Positions 24,086 through 34,579 of a stretch of 41,870 nucleotides of DNA are shown here, piece by piece. Source of the stretch: Octopus bimaculoides (Eukaryota); contig NC_068988.1 in the NCBI RefSeq assembly GCF_001194135.2, positions 13,946,829 through 13,988,698 of the forward strand. Reading direction: 5' to 3'. Position numbers and translations under genes: made by a program. Positions within the stretch are counted from its first letter, which is position 1; every line of letters begins with the position of its first letter. Under the pieces are notes generated by a model. It ran no database searches and was not told where the DNA came from. It saw nothing but the letters and a program-made list of their open reading frames with translations.

Positions 24086-25081
24086 TACTGTGAAATTGGA
24101 CGATGGATTATATCTATCACCCGTGGAGGCCATAACAGGATTTGAACTTTGAGTGCAAAGGACCAAAGCAATTATAGCGAGGTTCCGCCAATTCACTGAC
24201 TTGGTTTGGTACGTTTTGATTGACATTACGACTGAAAAGATTAAAATCAAAGTTGCCCTCAGCGGGATTTGAACTCAGAAAGCTGAGTTGGTAGAAATGC
24301 ATTACTATTATTTACATTTAAAACATAGTTTGGTTTAATTTTCCTGAGCTTAGCCAAAAAAGATGGAAGGAAAAATTGACCTCGGCGAGAACTGACCTTG
24401 TACGAGACACCCACCTTTTACGTCAAAGTAAGTATTAGTTATTCTATATATATTTTTTAATTTTTACGTTTGAAATATAGTTTGGTTCATTTTCCACGCG
24501 AAGTGCGTCAGTAATATTTTTTTAAAATCTTCAGAGCACCATAAAGACAAGAAGTTGGAGAAAGTATTGTTCTACGTTCTGAATCAAAAGCTATCGTGGT
24601 AGCACTTAAATGTTAGTTATACAAGTACTAGTCTTATACAGTAATCTAGTTATACAAGTAAAGTTCTTGTGCACTGAGGGAAGGTCTTTGTTGTTTTTGT
24701 TCCGTCTCAAATCTGCCCATATCGGGCAAACTCTACGATCGAAGGCTTTCTAACCATAGCAATCTCATCTTTTCTATGGTTTAGCACATTGAGCTCAACA
24801 TCATTCGATGCGTTTTTATACCTCTAAAACGGCAGGAGTGTGACTTGAGAGAAATTTGTCTGCTTTTTGTAACAGCCCAAGCGATCACTTAGAAGATCCC
24901 TCGTTGGGTTATCTACTTTTCTAGCGATGATTTTCTATATTTCGCTAACATTCAGAGAATTTTAGTATACAGTATATATCATCAAAATAGAAAGCACGTT
25001 GCAAATCCACTTTCCTTGACAAAGTGTGAAATTACATCTATCCTGCATTATTGTGAAACCTTGCTTCATTTACTTCAACAG

Positions 25082-25121
25082 AAGTTCCAAGTCTGTTCAA
25101 ACAAAGATCATTTAAGATCCT
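25082..25121 (+). CDS. Candidate 40-nt exon
   Basis: Acceptor CTTGCTTCATTTACTTCAACAG|, donor CCT|GTAAGC; two frames open (KFQVCSNKDHLRS or VPSLFKQRSFKI). The same motifs also read as a minus-strand acceptor/donor pair. Confidence 0.22.
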
Positions 25122-25432
25122 GTAAGCATTCCTTTCAGATTTAAAATTAGTATTAGGGTTAAAAATGAAAGTAATCTTAAGATAATGAATACAATAATTT
25201 ACTTCGTGATAACTAAAAAGAGACACCCTATAAAAGCTCCATGATGCGGTTACTACATAAGAAATCTATCTGCATATGGAGATACGTAGGTATAGTTGCT
25301 TAGTGAAGAAACTCGCTCAGCGGTCTCATAGTTCCGAGTACGATTGCATTGCTCGACACCTTGGATGTTTTCGTTGTAATAGTCTTGACTGGTTGACCAA
25401 AACCTTGTATGAGAATTCTGTGGAAGCTCGTC

Positions 25433-25498
<66 letters not shown>

Positions 25499-27242
25499 NN
25501 NNNNNNNNNNNNNNNNNNNNNNNNNNNNNNNNNNNNNNNNNNNNNNNNNNNNNNNNNNNNNNNNNNNNNNNNNNNNNNNNNNNNNNNNNNNNNNNNNNNN
25601 NNNNNNNNNNNNNNNNNNNNNNNNNNNNNNNNNNNNNNNNNNNNNNNNNNNNNNNNNNNNNNNNNNNNNNNNNNNNNNNNNNNNNNNNNNNNNNNNNNNN
25701 NNNNNNNNNNNNNNNNNNNNNNNNNNNNNNNNNNNNNNNNNNNNNNNNNNNNNNNNNNNNNNNNNNNNNNNNNNNNNNNNNNNNNNNNNNNNNNNNNNNN
25801 NNNNNNNNNNNNNNNNNNNNNNNNNNNNNNNNNNNNNNNNNNNNNNNNNNNNNNNNNNNNNNNNNNNNNNNNNNNNNNNNNNNNNNNNNNNNNNNNNNNN
25901 NNNNNNNNNNNNNNNNNNNNNNNNNNNNNNNNNNNNNNNNNNNNNNNNNNNNNNNNNNNNNNNNNNNNNNNNNNNNNNNNNNNNNNNNNNNNNNNNNNNN
26001 NNNNNNNNNNNNNNNNNNNNNNNNNNNNNNNNNNNNNNNNNNNNNNNNNNNNNNNNNNNNNNNNNNNNNNNNNNNNNNNNNNNNNNNNNNNNNNNNNNNN
26101 NNNNNNNNNNNNNNNNNNNNNNNNNNNNNNNNNNNNNNNNNNNNNNNNNNNNNNNNNNNNNNNNNNNNNNNNNNNNNNNNNNNNNNNNNNNNNNNNNNNN
26201 NNNNNNNNNNNNNNNNNNNNNNNNNNNNNNNNNNNNNNNNNNNNNNNNNNNNNNNNNNNNNNNNNNNNNNNNNNNNNNNNNNNNNNNNNNNNNNNNNNNN
26301 NNNNNNNNNNNNNNNNNNNNNNNNNNACATGTAGCAAGAATGGCACGTATAAATAACGAAGCCACCTTGACCATGATTCTATAAAACGTTTTAAAATTTT
26401 GTAAACAGAGAGTTACTTACGTTTCTTACATAAATAAAAGAAATTTTATTTAACAAACTGTGACACTAAGGACCGAGGTTACCGTGGTCTTTTCGTAGGT
26501 TTTTCTTTCCACGGATAACCTCCCCATTTATTGGGAATTTTCTGTATTATTTCGTATTTTTTGTAAATACTCCAAACGTTTTGCGATGTTTTTTTTCATC
26601 GTTGTCCTCACTTTTGTTTTTTTTTCTGCTTTGTTTTCGCCCCCCTCGAAAAGAGAAAAACTCTACATTTGTATTTTGTCCCCTCTGTGTTGAGCCCTGT
26701 GTGGCTAATAAAGAAACATATCTATTACACACATACACATATATAAATACATACATACACACACACACACTCACACACACTCACACACAAAGGCAATTAT
26801 GTGGATAAGCAAATTAGATATAAAAGAAAATTTTCTCTGTCATTTGTCATTCTGTGTAAATTTGGAAATATCTGTATATTTATACCTAAATATTCAGCGT
26901 CTGAAAATCTTCAGTCATTGCTTTCTTTGTTTTTATATACATACATAATACATACATGCATACATACATACACACATACATACGCATATGTGTGTATGTA
27001 TGTATGCATGTATNNNNNNNNNNNNNNNNNNNNNNNNNNNNNNNNNNNNNNNNNNNNNNNNNNNNNNNNNNNNNNNNNNNNNNNNNNNNNNNNNNNNNNN
27101 NNNNNNNNNNNNNNNNNNNNNNNNNNNNNNNNNNNNNNNNNNNNNNNNNNNNNNNNNNNNNNNNNNNNNNATATATATATATCAAATCCATGCTGTTATA
27201 TTTAATCTGTTTATCCACAAAATTGCCTCCCTGTCTGCTCAC

Positions 27243-27356
27243 CTGGATTCCTCTTATAGCTACTCTTTACCCCACGGAATTGGCCCCTTGTAAAGTCACC
27301 GGAGTCTAAGTTCGAATCATTTGAGCGCCATGAAGTGTTTTCTATATCGAGAATCT
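27243..27356 (-). CDS. Candidate 114-nt phase 1-1 exon, module B (paralogue of 15838-15933)
   Basis: (x)ILDIENTSWRSNDSNLDSGDFTRGQFRGVKSSYKRNP, donor CAG|GTGAG; alternative in-frame TAG acceptor extends it to 27365; 18-nt in-frame insertion relative to module A. Confidence 0.5.
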
Positions 27357-27780
27357 CTTGGTTGACTATATATATATGCACACACACACACACACACATA
27401 TATGCGTGTCTGTGTGTGTGTATGTGTGTGTGTGTGTAACTATGGGTCAGGAGCGTAAGTGAATCGAAATAAGTACAGTGAGAGACAAAAAAAAATGTTT
27501 TCTGGGTATATAAGTATATTTTACATAGATAATCTTCTTTGAAGATTGGAACCAATATAATCCCGGTAATTTTCGATTGGATCTTTGTCTCTGCAATTCA
27601 GTTTCTTCCAAGTTTTCTCTGCTAAAATAACACAATTGCTGCTTACTGTATTCTGCTATACCAAATAAACATTCAAGTATTGTTTGGTTTATGTCTTTGT
27701 TATTGTCACTTCTTTTATCCTACAATAAACGCATTGAACAGCTAAAAATGTAGTTTATTGATAAGAACAGTGATACTTAC

Positions 27781-27822
27781 CGTAGTTAATCTTATATATT
27801 TCTATTACATGGATCATCTGTT
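27781..27822 (-). CDS. Candidate 42-nt phase 1-1 exon
   Basis: Acceptor TTTTGAAACTTTCTATTTTCCAG|, donor ACG|GTAAGT; the only open frame reads (x)QMIHVIEIYKINY and is phase-compatible with module B. Confidence 0.35.
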
Positions 27823-27973
27823 CTGGAAAATAGAAAGTTTCAAAATAGGAAATTTCCATGTAGTTTAAAGAATCTCGTCTCTCTTGTTCTCGTCTACCAT
27901 GGTCTTGTGATTATGTAACGAAATACCTATAAGAAACTGTCTATTAGTTGAGATTCTAACCTAACATTTTCAG

Positions 27974-27988
27974 CTTTAAATCTATACG
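27974..27988 (+). CDS. Candidate 15-nt microexon
   Basis: CTAACCTAACATTTTCAG|CTTTAAATCTATACG|GTAAGT: branch-point-like CTAAC, pyrimidine tract and consensus donor; frame-preserving. Confidence 0.28.
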
Positions 27989-28217
27989 GTAAGTTAATAA
28001 ATTTCCGATATAATTTTCAGTTCGTGTTCGGTATATTACACCATTACTTAGTAGTTTCGATAAATAATTAGACAAAAGACAGATACGATACTGTCTTTTT
28101 TTTATTAACTACAGTCTATCGAAAACTATACAGGTAGAATGTCTGTATCTATGAAATAGCATTTCGGATATTAACCAGATTGTATTCTTTCAATCTTATA
28201 TTGTTTTTCAAATTTAC

Positions 28218-28258
28218 CTTCTTTGAGATTCTCCTGATATGTTACCTTTATAGTAGGA
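28218..28258 (-). CDS. Candidate 41-nt exon (phase 2 to 1)
   Basis: Acceptor TTATTATATCAG|, donor AAG|GTAAAT; reads PTIKVTYQENLKE and is phase-compatible with 27781-27822. Confidence 0.25.
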
Positions 28259-28913
28259 CTGATATAATAACCCAGTTAATCTGGTTTTCCTATTAATCCC
28301 TGATCACGTAGTGAGGTTCAATAGCTTGTTTCCATGCAATACATACTTACATACATGCATGTATACATACATACATACATACATACATACATCGTACATA
28401 ATACATACATACATCATACATAATACATACATACATCATACATAATACATACATACTTACATAAACACATATATATTTACGTATACCCATACTCATAAAT
28501 ATATTTGTTTATATGTATATGTACATATCTATATATATATATATGAACATTCGTGCACATGATTGCACATTTATATTATATACATATATACTTATGCACA
28601 TANNNNNNNNNNNNNNNNNNNNNNNNNNNNNNNNNNNNNNNNNNNNNNNNNNNNNNNNNNNNNNNNNNNNNNNNNNNNNNNNNNNNNNNNNNNNNNNNNN
28701 NNNNNNNNNNNNNNNNNNNNNNNNNNNNNNNNNNNNNNNNNNNNNNNNNNNNNNNNNNNNNNNNNNNNNNNNNNNNNNNNNNNNNNNNNNNNNNNNNNNN
28801 NNNNNNNNNNNNNNNNNNNNNNNNNNNNNNNNNNNNNNNNNNNNNNNNNNNNNNNNNNNNNNNNNNNNNNNNNNNNNNNNNNNNNNNNNNNNNNNNNNNN
28901 NNNNNNNNNNNNN

Positions 28914-28967
<54 letters not shown>

Positions 28968-29375
28968 GAATTCATGTACATGCACATTTATAGTATACGA
29001 GTGTTGATTGAGTTTAGTGCTTTGGTAATCGAATCGGAGGACATGTTGACAGACCGCATGCTGAGATTGTTTTCAACAGGATCTGTAAAAGATAACAGAC
29101 CGACAAAAGAATAAAGAAGAAAGAATTGATTCCAAGCGCCGAAGCATGCTGCATTGTTTCCTACTATTATTTCCTACATTAAAAACAAGGTTTTCTTTGA
29201 AGTTAAAGGTAAAGAAACTTCAGTTTGTATCTTGTCTAAGGAATATCGACATCAAATTACTTTTGTTTTATTCGTCCTTTTTTTTTATTGTCAATTGAAG
29301 ATAATTTATTTCTATATAGAATGACAGTACACCGACAGAAGTACGTTCAAAGTTGTTTCTTGATGGTCAACACAA

Positions 29376-29618
29376 GCATAGGTGCGGCTGTGTGGGTAAG
29401 AAGATTGCTTCCCAACCATATGGTCTTCGGTTCAGTCTCGCTGTGCAGTACCACGGTCTAGTATTTTTCACTATAACCGCAAAAGCGTTTTGAATGGATT
29501 TGGTACACAGAAACTGAAAGAGAAGCTTATCGTGTATGTATGTATGTATGTATGTATGTATGTATGTATGTATGCATGCATGTATGTATGTATGTGTGTA
29601 TGTATGTATGTATGTATG

Positions 29619-29684
<66 letters not shown>

Positions 29685-30720
29685 GCTAGCTAGCTAGCTA
29701 GCTCACTTCCGCTATTTACAGCAGTGCTTGAAACTAAGGTGGATAGCGTATGATCGCATTAACCTTAACAGAGGAAGTTGAGCAGAGAATCTGCATCAAA
29801 TTTTGCCAAAAGCTTGGCGATACCTGCTCTGAGGCCTATGCAAAGTTTTCACTGTTCTCGACACAATCAAAGAGATCTTTTGCAACTGAAATCCAAGTGT
29901 CTTTTTTGTCAGTTGAAAGCAGTTTTGGCACAAACTTGCCAGACACACGTTTCTTACCAAACATCTTCAGTAATAATGGACTGAACTGAACCGTAACTAA
30001 TCTACATACCCTCTGATAACTCACGGATGGTGATTCGGCGATTTCTGCTCACAGCTGCACGTACATCGGCGATGTTTTTCTCAGTTCTGCTGGTAGCAGG
30101 TCTCCCAGATCGTTCATCAATATCGACATTTTTTCGTCCATCTTGCAAACGTCTGAACCACTCGTACACTTGTGTACGGCTCATACACTCCTCTCCATAC
30201 ACTTTCTGCAACTTTGCGTAGATCTCTAAGCAGGTATCACCATGACAATTTTCTCTGTCGTGGTTGGTGCGATGATGACACGCTACACACGTTCCTTTCA
30301 AGCACTGCTGTAAGCAACGGAAGTGAGCTAGAACGTTAAAACTTAGCGCACATGTACGACAGCATTTTAGGTCTATCTTTGCCAAGCGGCTTTACTCTGC
30401 GTGCTTTAGCTTCGTTACTATGGCAACAATCCGGATATTTTTTCTCAAATCTCGTACATATAAATAAATATATATATATTTGCGTGTGTGTCTGCGTGTA
30501 TGTTATTTTGTATTGTGCTTATCCCCCCACTTCAGCTTGTCAACTGGTATTAGATTGTTTACCCCCATCCCTCATCCCCCGCAAAATAGTGATTTGGCAA
30601 AGAGACCGATTGAATAAAAACCAAACTTAAAAATACGTTCTGGGGTTGATTTCTTCGACCAAAGCCTTCAAGGCAGTGTCCCAGCATGGCCGCAGTTCAC
30701 TGAAACAATATAAAAGATAG
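29376..30720 (+). mobile_element. Family B SINE split into a 5' half (29376-29532) and a 3' half (about 30485-30720) by its central microsatellite and a nested mariner
   Basis: 5' half GCATAGGTGCGGCTGTGTGGGTAAGAAGATTGCTTCCCAACCA...GAAACTGAAAGAGAAGC; 3' half GGCAAAAGAGACCGATTGAATAA...CCCAGCATGGCCGCAGTTCACTGAAACAA, in the same order and orientation as the intact copy. Confidence 0.8.
29698..30456 (-). mobile_element. Rearranged mariner (Tc1/mariner) relic: TIR, 5' UTR and N-terminal transposase on minus, with an inverted duplicate of the 5' region on plus
   Basis: Minus frames encode LQKVYGEECMSRTQVYEWFRRLQDGRKNVDIDERSGRPATSRTEKNIADVRAAVSRNRRITIREL and KRVSGKFVPKLL, mariner HTH region with the WVP-equivalent FVPKLL motif. 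TIR-like TA|CGAGATTTGAGAAAAAATATCCGG ends at 30454-30456. Plus arm encodes EQRICIKFCQKLGDTCSEAYAK. Confidence 0.92.
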
Positions 30721-31263
30721 CGAGGAAAAACACCAAACAAACAAGGAGGTTTATAACAAAACCAACTTAACCAGCTTTAAATTGCTGTCACAAAAAGCCT
30801 TTTGTTTGAGACGTTTTTGAATTTCAAAGTTCTTTATGATGTCAGTTAATATCATTTTATCTTTGAACTTGGCTTTCATCTTTTGTCTAAACTTCTTTCG
30901 TTGATTATTGTTGGTGGTATTAGTTATGCAATGAAATCTTTGAAATTTTCATCGATTTAGTGTACGAAGAATGAATACTCCACTTCTTTTTCTAATTTTG
31001 TACTCATCCTTTAATCGCTTTAGAATACAGGAACACGTTCTTTTACAGGGAACATATTTGTAGTTTTTCTACGTACACTTTTTAAATACGCTGAAATAAT
31101 TCCTAAGTGTAAAACACTATATTAAGAAATACTATTAAGTTTTTAAAAGATTAATGTGCATTTTCTATTTCACGAATCTTTGTATTCACAATATTTGTGA
31201 GAATATTTGTTTGATTTCAAAACACAAACGTAATTGTTTTATACCTGTTATTTATATCACCAG

Positions 31264-31287
31264 GAAGTGCAGTGAATGAGAAGAATG
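31264..31287 (+). CDS. Candidate 24-nt phase 1-1 microexon
   Basis: CTGTTATTTATATCACCAG|...|GTAACA; the only open frame reads (x)SAVNEKN. Confidence 0.2.
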
Positions 31288-31636
31288 GTAACATGCAGGA
31301 TACAATGTCTTTTGGTATTAGTTACATTCTTTTACACACGGACTTCAAACATTGTCAAGGTAGGAGTTGAGATAGGGGAGGAGGCAAACCTTGTTTTCGT
31401 ATGATAAAGTCGATAACATACATACCAGTCGTGTATTAGAATCGGTTTGATTGAGAAGACTTGGTCACCAAGGGCGTGAACTTGCGTTAATGTATATTAG
31501 GAATCAATATTTATTTCCGTATGCATATCTTAATATCTAATACAAAATTATTTTTGCGGCATATCCATGTCCATTTGTTGTTGGATGTAACTTGAATGTT
31601 ATATAATAGAACTCAAAAACGATTTGAGTTTAAATA

Positions 31637-31960
31637 CATACATACATCACCTGATGAGACGCTTGTACACCGAGGGATGTACCACAACTAGTTGTGTAGT
31701 TTGCCACCTCTGAGGGATCGATGTAGAATGTGTCGAAACGAACGTTGCGAGTAATAAAGTTACCCGTATGTTCCATTTTCCGTCTCTATCATTTGTTTTA
31801 TACTCAACGCACACTCAGGAACTCCTGAGTTAGATCCAGTGACAATTGTGTAATTACCATGGATGACACCAGGTAGCCATAGACAGTGAACCTGGTTCAT
31901 CGCCGTACAACTAGGAACATACCCGGTCCTCGTGGGTCCAAATGATTGAATGTATGTATG
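31637..31960 (+). mobile_element. Structured ~325-nt element containing a type I hammerhead ribozyme core (Penelope pLTR-like or retrozyme-like)
   Basis: CTGATGA (31651-57), stem II GACGC/GTGTC, GAAA (31735-38), stem III ACG-AA-CGT, then T, an imperfect stem I and AATAAA (31753-58); several further perfect helices. Confidence 0.6.
31643..31753 (+). ncRNA. Type I hammerhead ribozyme motif with expanded stem II, predicted GUU cleavage after 31746
   Basis: All core nucleotides (CUGAUGA, GAAA, U16.1-H17) are in the correct order with G10.1-C11.1 closing stem II. Stem I (TACATCAC/GCGAGTA) has one mismatch and one bulge, so activity is uncertain. Confidence 0.55.
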
Positions 31961-32487
31961 CTGGGAGATTGTCTTAGCCCGTTTGCCTTCAGACGGTTGA
32001 TTTCTGTAGTTATTATCAGTGTATTTTGGCGATTTAAATAAGTTTTACTGTTATTTCCAGCAGGTAGACATACTTAGTGTGTCCTTTGATTAATTTTAAT
32101 ACACCCCCCACACATATATATATGTGTGTGTGTGTGTGTGTTCTGAATAATCTTCATGGGAATTACTTGGGTACTTCATGTTTATAATGCTAATATTATA
32201 TAAATCGAACTCCTCTACAACATGTGGTTGTCGGAAACTGAAAATCTGCCGAAATAATTTTAGGATCTGACGCGAATATGTGAGGGACAACTATTTCATT
32301 AACTAATTAATTAATTGATTAATTAGGTATTTAATTATGTGTACAAACGAACAGCTAGTGATAAAATGGAAGGTTCCTCTAATCATTCAAAACGATCAGA
32401 ACCTTGTGTAAAGTTATCTAACAGCATCGTTCTCATTTTTCTCCTCTCTCTCTCACACATACGCACATACACAGAAATACACGCACA

Positions 32488-32519
<32 letters not shown>

Positions 32520-34251
32520 NNNNNNNNNNNNNNNNNNNNNNNNNNNNNNNNNNNNNNNNNNNNNNNNNNNNNNNNNNNNNNNNNNNNNNNNNNNNNNNNN
32601 NNNNNNNNNNNNNNNNNNNNNNNNNNNNNNNNNNNNNNNNNNNNNNNNNNNNNNNNNNNNNNNNNNNNNNNNNNNNNNNNNNNNNNNNNNNNNNNNNNNN
32701 NNNNNNNNNNNNNNNNNNNNNNNNNNNNNNNNNNNNNNNNNNNNNNNNNNNNNNNNNNNNNNNNNNNNNNNNNNNNNNNNNNNNNNNNNNNNNNNNNNNN
32801 NNNNNNNNNNNNNNNNNNNNNNNNNNNNNNNNNNNNNNNNNNNNNNNNNNNNNNNNNNNNNNNNNNNNNNNNNNNNNNNNNNNNNNNNNNNNNNNNNNNN
32901 NNNNNNNNNNNNNNNNNNNNNNNNNNNNNNNNNNNNNNNNNNNNNNNNNNNNNNNNNNNNNNNNNNNNNNNNNNNNNNNNNNNNNNNNNNNNNNNNNNNN
33001 NNNNNNNNNNNNNNNNNNNNNNNNNNNNNNNNNNNNNNNNNNNNNNNNNNNNNNNNNNNNNNNNNNNNNNNNNNNNNNNNNNNNNNNNNNTATATATATA
33101 TATATATACACACATATAAATATATATATATATATATATATGTACATATACATATACGTGCACGCACGTACATCTCCACACGCTCATACACACACACACA
33201 CAAACACAAGCACGCACACACATATCTATATATGTAAATAAACTTTTGAAAAAAAAATGTTCTTAATTAGAAAAGTTTTCTGGTCGTTTTGTTATTGATC
33301 TTATACGTTTTGAAATATACTTGGTATGTCATTGATACGTGCGAAAATGTTCGTTTGAAGATGGTATTAATATAAATAACAATAACGTCTGTAACAACAA
33401 GAGAGGCAATAACATATTAACAGTAATAAGATATTGATATATATTTATATTTGTATCACCATATGCGTGTGTATGTCTGTGTGTGAATGTGCGTTTACGT
33501 GTTCATTTAAGTTATAGGAATATATGAGTATTAATAATTAATATTTATATTAAAATGCACAAATAAACGTATACCTGTATATACACATATATATGTATAT
33601 ATATATANNNNNNNNNNNNNNNNNNNNNNNNNNNNNNNNNNNNNNNNNNNNNNNNNNNNNNNNNNNNNNNNNNNNNNNNNNNNNNNNNNNNNNNNNNNNN
33701 NNNNNNNNNNNNNNNNNNNNNNNNNNNNNNNNNNNNNNNNNNNNNNNNNNNNNNNNNNNNNNNNNNNNNNNNNNNNNNNNNNNNNNNNNNNNNNNNNNNN
33801 NNNNNNNNNNNNNNNNNNNNNNNNNNNNNNNNNNNNNNNNNNNNNNNNNNNNNNNNNNNNNNNNNNNNNNNNNNNNNNNNNNNNNNNNNNNNNNNNNNNN
33901 NNNNNNNNNNNNNNNNNNNNNNNNNNNNNNNNNNNNNNNNNNNNNNNNNNNNNNNNNNNNNNNNNNNNNNNNNNNNNNNNNNNNNNNNNNNNNNNNNNNN
34001 NNNNNNNNNNNNNNNNNNNNNNNNNNNNNNNNNNNNNNNNNNNNNNNNNNNNNNNNNNNNNNNNNNNNNNNNNNNNNNNNNNNNNNNNNNNNNNNNNNNN
34101 NNNNNNNNNNNNNNNNNNNNNNNNNNNNNNNNNNNNNNNNNNNNNNNNNNNNNNNNNNNNNNNNNNNNNNNNNNNNNNNNNNNNNNNNNNNNNNNNNNNN
34201 NNNNNNNNNNNNNNNNNNNNNNNNNNNNNNNNNNNNNNNNNNNNNNNNNNN

Positions 34252-34307
<56 letters not shown>

Positions 34308-34313
34308 CATACT

Positions 34314-34579
34314 AATGCCTGCAAATCAAATCCAGGTCAATACATAAATATCCCAACACCAGAAGCTTTATAATTAAGGCCGATTATAGCGGGCCCTGTC
34401 TGTGAAACACACACCACCTAAGCAACTTTCTGGACATTCTATTGAAACTTTTCCTCAGATACATTAAAAGTTTTATTAGAGACGATCTGGACATGCTTGA
34501 GCATCTACCAAAAACCACCAACGTAGAAGCACTATTAGCCTCCTTCGATGTCATCAACCTCTACACTAACACTCCACAT
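34314..34579 (+). pseudogene. Penelope-like element reverse transcriptase fragment (absent from the ORF track)
   Basis: ACKSNPGQYINIPTPEAL*LRPIIAGPVCETH / HLSNFLDILLKLFLRYIKSFIRDDLDMLEHLPKTTNVEALLASFDVINLYTNTPH shows the PLE RT motifs RPII.G and sfDV.sLYTNiP; one stop and a 2-nt AC slippage frameshift at 34413-14. Confidence 0.88.

Noticed and set aside
31922-31945. CCCGGTCCTCGTGGG as an HDV-like L3/P3 motif
   Set aside because: P3 does not pair around TCCTCGT in the required register and no P1, P2 or P4 partners were found.
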